Shown here piece after piece: positions 41,753-44,307 of a stretch of 44,307 bases of DNA. This stretch comes from a virus. The translations under genes were made by a program, and so were the position numbers. The stretch is taken from UHGV virus genome UHGV-0213691. One strand, written 5' to 3'. How positions within the stretch are numbered: the first letter of the stretch is position 1; each line of letters starts with the position of its first letter. The notes under the pieces were generated by a model. It saw only the letters and a list, made by a program, of their open reading frames with translations, was not told the DNA's origin and ran no database searches.

Positions 41753-44295
41753 TATTACATTACACCCGTAACGAAGACGGTACTTTTGACCGCAAACGGT
41801 ATAACGTACCCCCGATGGAATACGTCGTTGCTAACATCCCAGACGGGGTACCTGTGCGTATTTACCGTGGCGAGATTGGCGAGGATACGGAAGTAACGGA
41901 AAACTTCGAAGCGCTGAAAGAAGATGACGTTTTCCATATCATCGAGGGTGCTGGCGGCGGTGGTGGTTTTCTGGGTAAACTCCTGGACCCTTTGGGTGTG
42001 CTTAAATTTGTTACCAAGTTGATTTCTCCGTCGCAGAAAACGCCTAAAACGAGTTTAGCGAACCAGCAGGCTGAGTCCCCCAACAACAGCCTGACGGACC
42101 GAAACAATAAACCGCGTCCGTATGAACGGTCGTATGATATTTGCGGCAGGGTCCAGACTATCCCTAATGACCTCATGACTACGTATAAGGTCTTCAACGA
42201 CGCAGGTGTGGTAGTCGAATACGGCTACTATGACGCAGGTCGCGGGTATCTTGATATTAAGGCCGAAGACATCACTGACGGCGATACTAAAGTACAGGAG
42301 ATTACAGGAACTTCTGTCGCAGTGTACGCGCCATTTACATCGCCTAATAACACAAATACGCCTCAGCTTATGGTGGGGGAGCCTATCGGTCAGCATCTAT
42401 ACATAACTATTGCTTCAAACGAGGTAGATGGCGCTGTTTTGAAAGCTCAGAACGACATCAGGGTTAACCCCAGCGATACCGGTGAGATTTCATTGCAAGG
42501 AACAACTGGCGTAGTCCGGGATAACACTGGCGACTCTGCTTTCTCTGAGATTTTATCAGTGGGTGACATAGCTGTTTTTAACCTTATTCTGGTAAAAGAC
42601 GTAGCTAACGTCAGTGGTAGCTATACCGTCACCTACGTAGACGACTTTGAGGTAAGGGTTGCCGTTGGAGGGATGTTGTCAGAATGGCAAAAATTGCCAT
42701 CGGGATTCACTCCTTTAACGCAAGGGACCGAAGCATGGATTTCGCCATCTAACACCTACGATAAGTCGTTAACGGACTGGACTACCTTAAACCGCCTGGA
42801 AGTTGAACGTGTAGTAGCCAACATAGCGGCAGCGAACGGTATGTATAAAGACAACGGCAGTAAATTGCGTACATCTGTAACTGTGGAGCTACAATACCAA
42901 CTCCTCGATGAAACAGGCGTGCCGTACGGAGAAGTTTACGCAAAACAGGCCGCTATATCAGGTCGTTCTGCGGATTACACGGGTGTTACTATTTACGCCG
43001 ACTTGCCAGTGAGGTCTAAAGTTAGAGTGCGCGCCCGCCGCGTTACTAGCCTTGACCTCAGTTTCGAGGGGACCGTAGTAGACGAGGTTTCCTATATCAA
43101 CCTTTACGGTCAGGTCCGCGACACTACGCCGCATTACGGCAATCGTACTACCGTGCACTCTGCACGTAAGCAGACGCCGCGGGCCGCGGAGATTAAGCAG
43201 CCGCAACTACGTATGATTGCCACAGAGATGGTGTACAAATACCTCGGCAACGGCACATTCGACACGGTTATGACGCCGAATACTCAGGCGATTCAGTCCT
43301 TAATCCGTCTTGCCCGCGACCCGGTAGTAGGTAATCTCAACCTAACAACATCCAATATGGACAAGTTGTTAGCGACTCAGACCGAGATAGAAAACTATTT
43401 CGGTAGCGCAGAGGCAGGCCAATTCTGCTACACTTTTGACGATTATAAAATGACCATGCAGGATATTATCAGCACAATAGCTGATGCTATTTTCTGCACC
43501 CCATACCGGAGAGGGGCGGATATTCTTCTGGACTTTGAACGCCCGCGGATTGGCCCCGAGATGGTATTCACCCACCGCAGCAAAACTACCGCTACGGAGA
43601 AGTGGACGCGCACGTTTAACGACGCCCAGGTATACGATAGTCTCAAGTTTTCATACATCGACCCGGATACTAACGTCAAAGAGACAATCAGCATCCCAGC
43701 AGAAGGTGGCGTTAATACCGAAACGTACGACTCTAAAGGTATCCGTAATTATCAACAGGCGTACTGGGCTGCATACCGCCGCTACCAGAAAAACCTGTTG
43801 AAGAAGGTAACAGTATCATTCACGGCGACAGAAGAAGGGATTTTTGCAATGCCAGGGCGCGCCATAAGCGTAGTTAAAGGTTCACGCGTAGCGCCCCAAG
43901 ACGGTTATGTAATCGCCGTTAATGGGCTTACGCTTACTCTTTCTCAGCCAGTTACATTTACCCCTGGTGACGACCACTCACTGATTCTCAAAAAGCGCGA
44001 CGGTGGTGTTCAGAGTGTTGCCGTTGTTCAAGGGAGCCACGACCGCGAGGTGATTATGCTCTCCGCCCCACAGGAGGCAATTTACACGGGGAATAGTGCA
44101 CTAAAAACTGAGTTTTCATTCGGCAACGAAGCAAGGCATAATGCTCAGATGATTCTTGTTTCTACAGTTGACCCCGGGGATGACAGAACGGTTAAAATAA
44201 CCGGTATTAACTACGAAGCAGATTTCTATAAATACGACGGCGTCGCGCCTTTCGGTCGCGGTTTCTCCGACGGATTCAGCAACGGTTTTAGTTAA
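41743..44295 (+). CDS. Tail tip / host-specificity protein (gpI-J-like central fibre)
   Basis: Long ORF ending just before the tail-spike gene; start uncertain: TTG 41743 with GGAGAT RBS preferred, alternatives TTG 41668 or ATG 41815; Gly-run GAGGGGGF. Confidence 0.55.
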   Translation: MALILHYTRNEDGTFDRKRYNVPPMEYVVANIPDGVPVRIYRGEIGEDTEVTENFEALKEDDVFHIIEGAGGGGGFLGKLLDPLGVLKFVTKLISPSQKTPKTSLANQQAESPNNSLTDRNNKPRPYERSYDICGRVQTIPNDLMTTYKVFNDAGVVVEYGYYDAGRGYLDIKAEDITDGDTKVQEITGTSVAVYAPFTSPNNTNTPQLMVGEPIGQHLYITIASNEVDGAVLKAQNDIRVNPSDTGEISLQGTTGVVRDNTGDSAFSEILSVGDIAVFNLILVKDVANVSGSYTVTYVDDFEVRVAVGGMLSEWQKLPSGFTPLTQGTEAWISPSNTYDKSLTDWTTLNRLEVERVVANIAAANGMYKDNGSKLRTSVTVELQYQLLDETGVPYGEVYAKQAAISGRSADYTGVTIYADLPVRSKVRVRARRVTSLDLSFEGTVVDEVSYINLYGQVRDTTPHYGNRTTVHSARKQTPRAAEIKQPQLRMIATEMVYKYLGNGTFDTVMTPNTQAIQSLIRLARDPVVGNLNLTTSNMDKLLATQTEIENYFGSAEAGQFCYTFDDYKMTMQDIISTIADAIFCTPYRRGADILLDFERPRIGPEMVFTHRSKTTATEKWTRTFNDAQVYDSLKFSYIDPDTNVKETISIPAEGGVNTETYDSKGIRNYQQAYWAAYRRYQKNLLKKVTVSFTATEEGIFAMPGRAISVVKGSRVAPQDGYVIAVNGLTLTLSQPVTFTPGDDHSLILKKRDGGVQSVAVVQGSHDREVIMLSAPQEAIYTGNSALKTEFSFGNEARHNAQMILVSTVDPGDDRTVKITGINYEADFYKYDGVAPFGRGFSDGFSNGFS

Positions 44296-44307
44296 AGAGG
44301 ACTCTAT

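Noticed and set aside
1-44307. Search for tRNA, integrase/attachment site and lysogeny module
   Set aside because: No cloverleaf-like sequence with a T-loop consensus was seen in intergenic regions, and no tyrosine/serine recombinase-like ORF; the XRE and AlpA-like regulators alone do not establish a temperate lifestyle.

Overview
The window appears to be an essentially complete ~44.3-kb genome of a virulent, siphovirus-type dsDNA phage of an enterobacterial host, linearised so that position 1 is the ATG of the tail-spike gene and the last 13 bases carry its RBS. All calls are from reading motifs, codon frames and gene order by eye; no database search or folding was run. Layout: 1-1941 tail spike with an SGNH-esterase signature (+); 1970-11340 leftward early/replication operon (SNF2 helicase, compact C5-MTase-like protein, VRR-NUC, family A DNA polymerase, SSB-like, DUF2800-type nuclease, Tad2/DUF2829-like protein, acidic protein); 11341-11464 divergent control region with an XRE-type HTH gene; 11698-14424 leftward primase/helicase and AlpA-like regulator; 14425-14918 noncoding region; 14919-21171 rightward small genes with holin/endolysin; 21293-44295 rightward packaging, head and tail genes. 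The late module is interrupted by three reverse-oriented moron islands, each with its own near-identical promoter and a hairpin terminator: 24590-24904; 26537-27895 (TGT/DpdA-like protein plus YhhQ-like transporter, a candidate 7-deazaguanine DNA-modification module and the most interesting system here); and 35386-37135 (HTH-fused metallophosphoesterase plus a secreted protein). An inverted-repeat operator AATAG-N4-CTATT overlaps the -10 region of at least nine promoters. Spanins lie about 10 kb from holin/endolysin. No tRNA, rRNA, CRISPR array, integrase or transposase was recognised.
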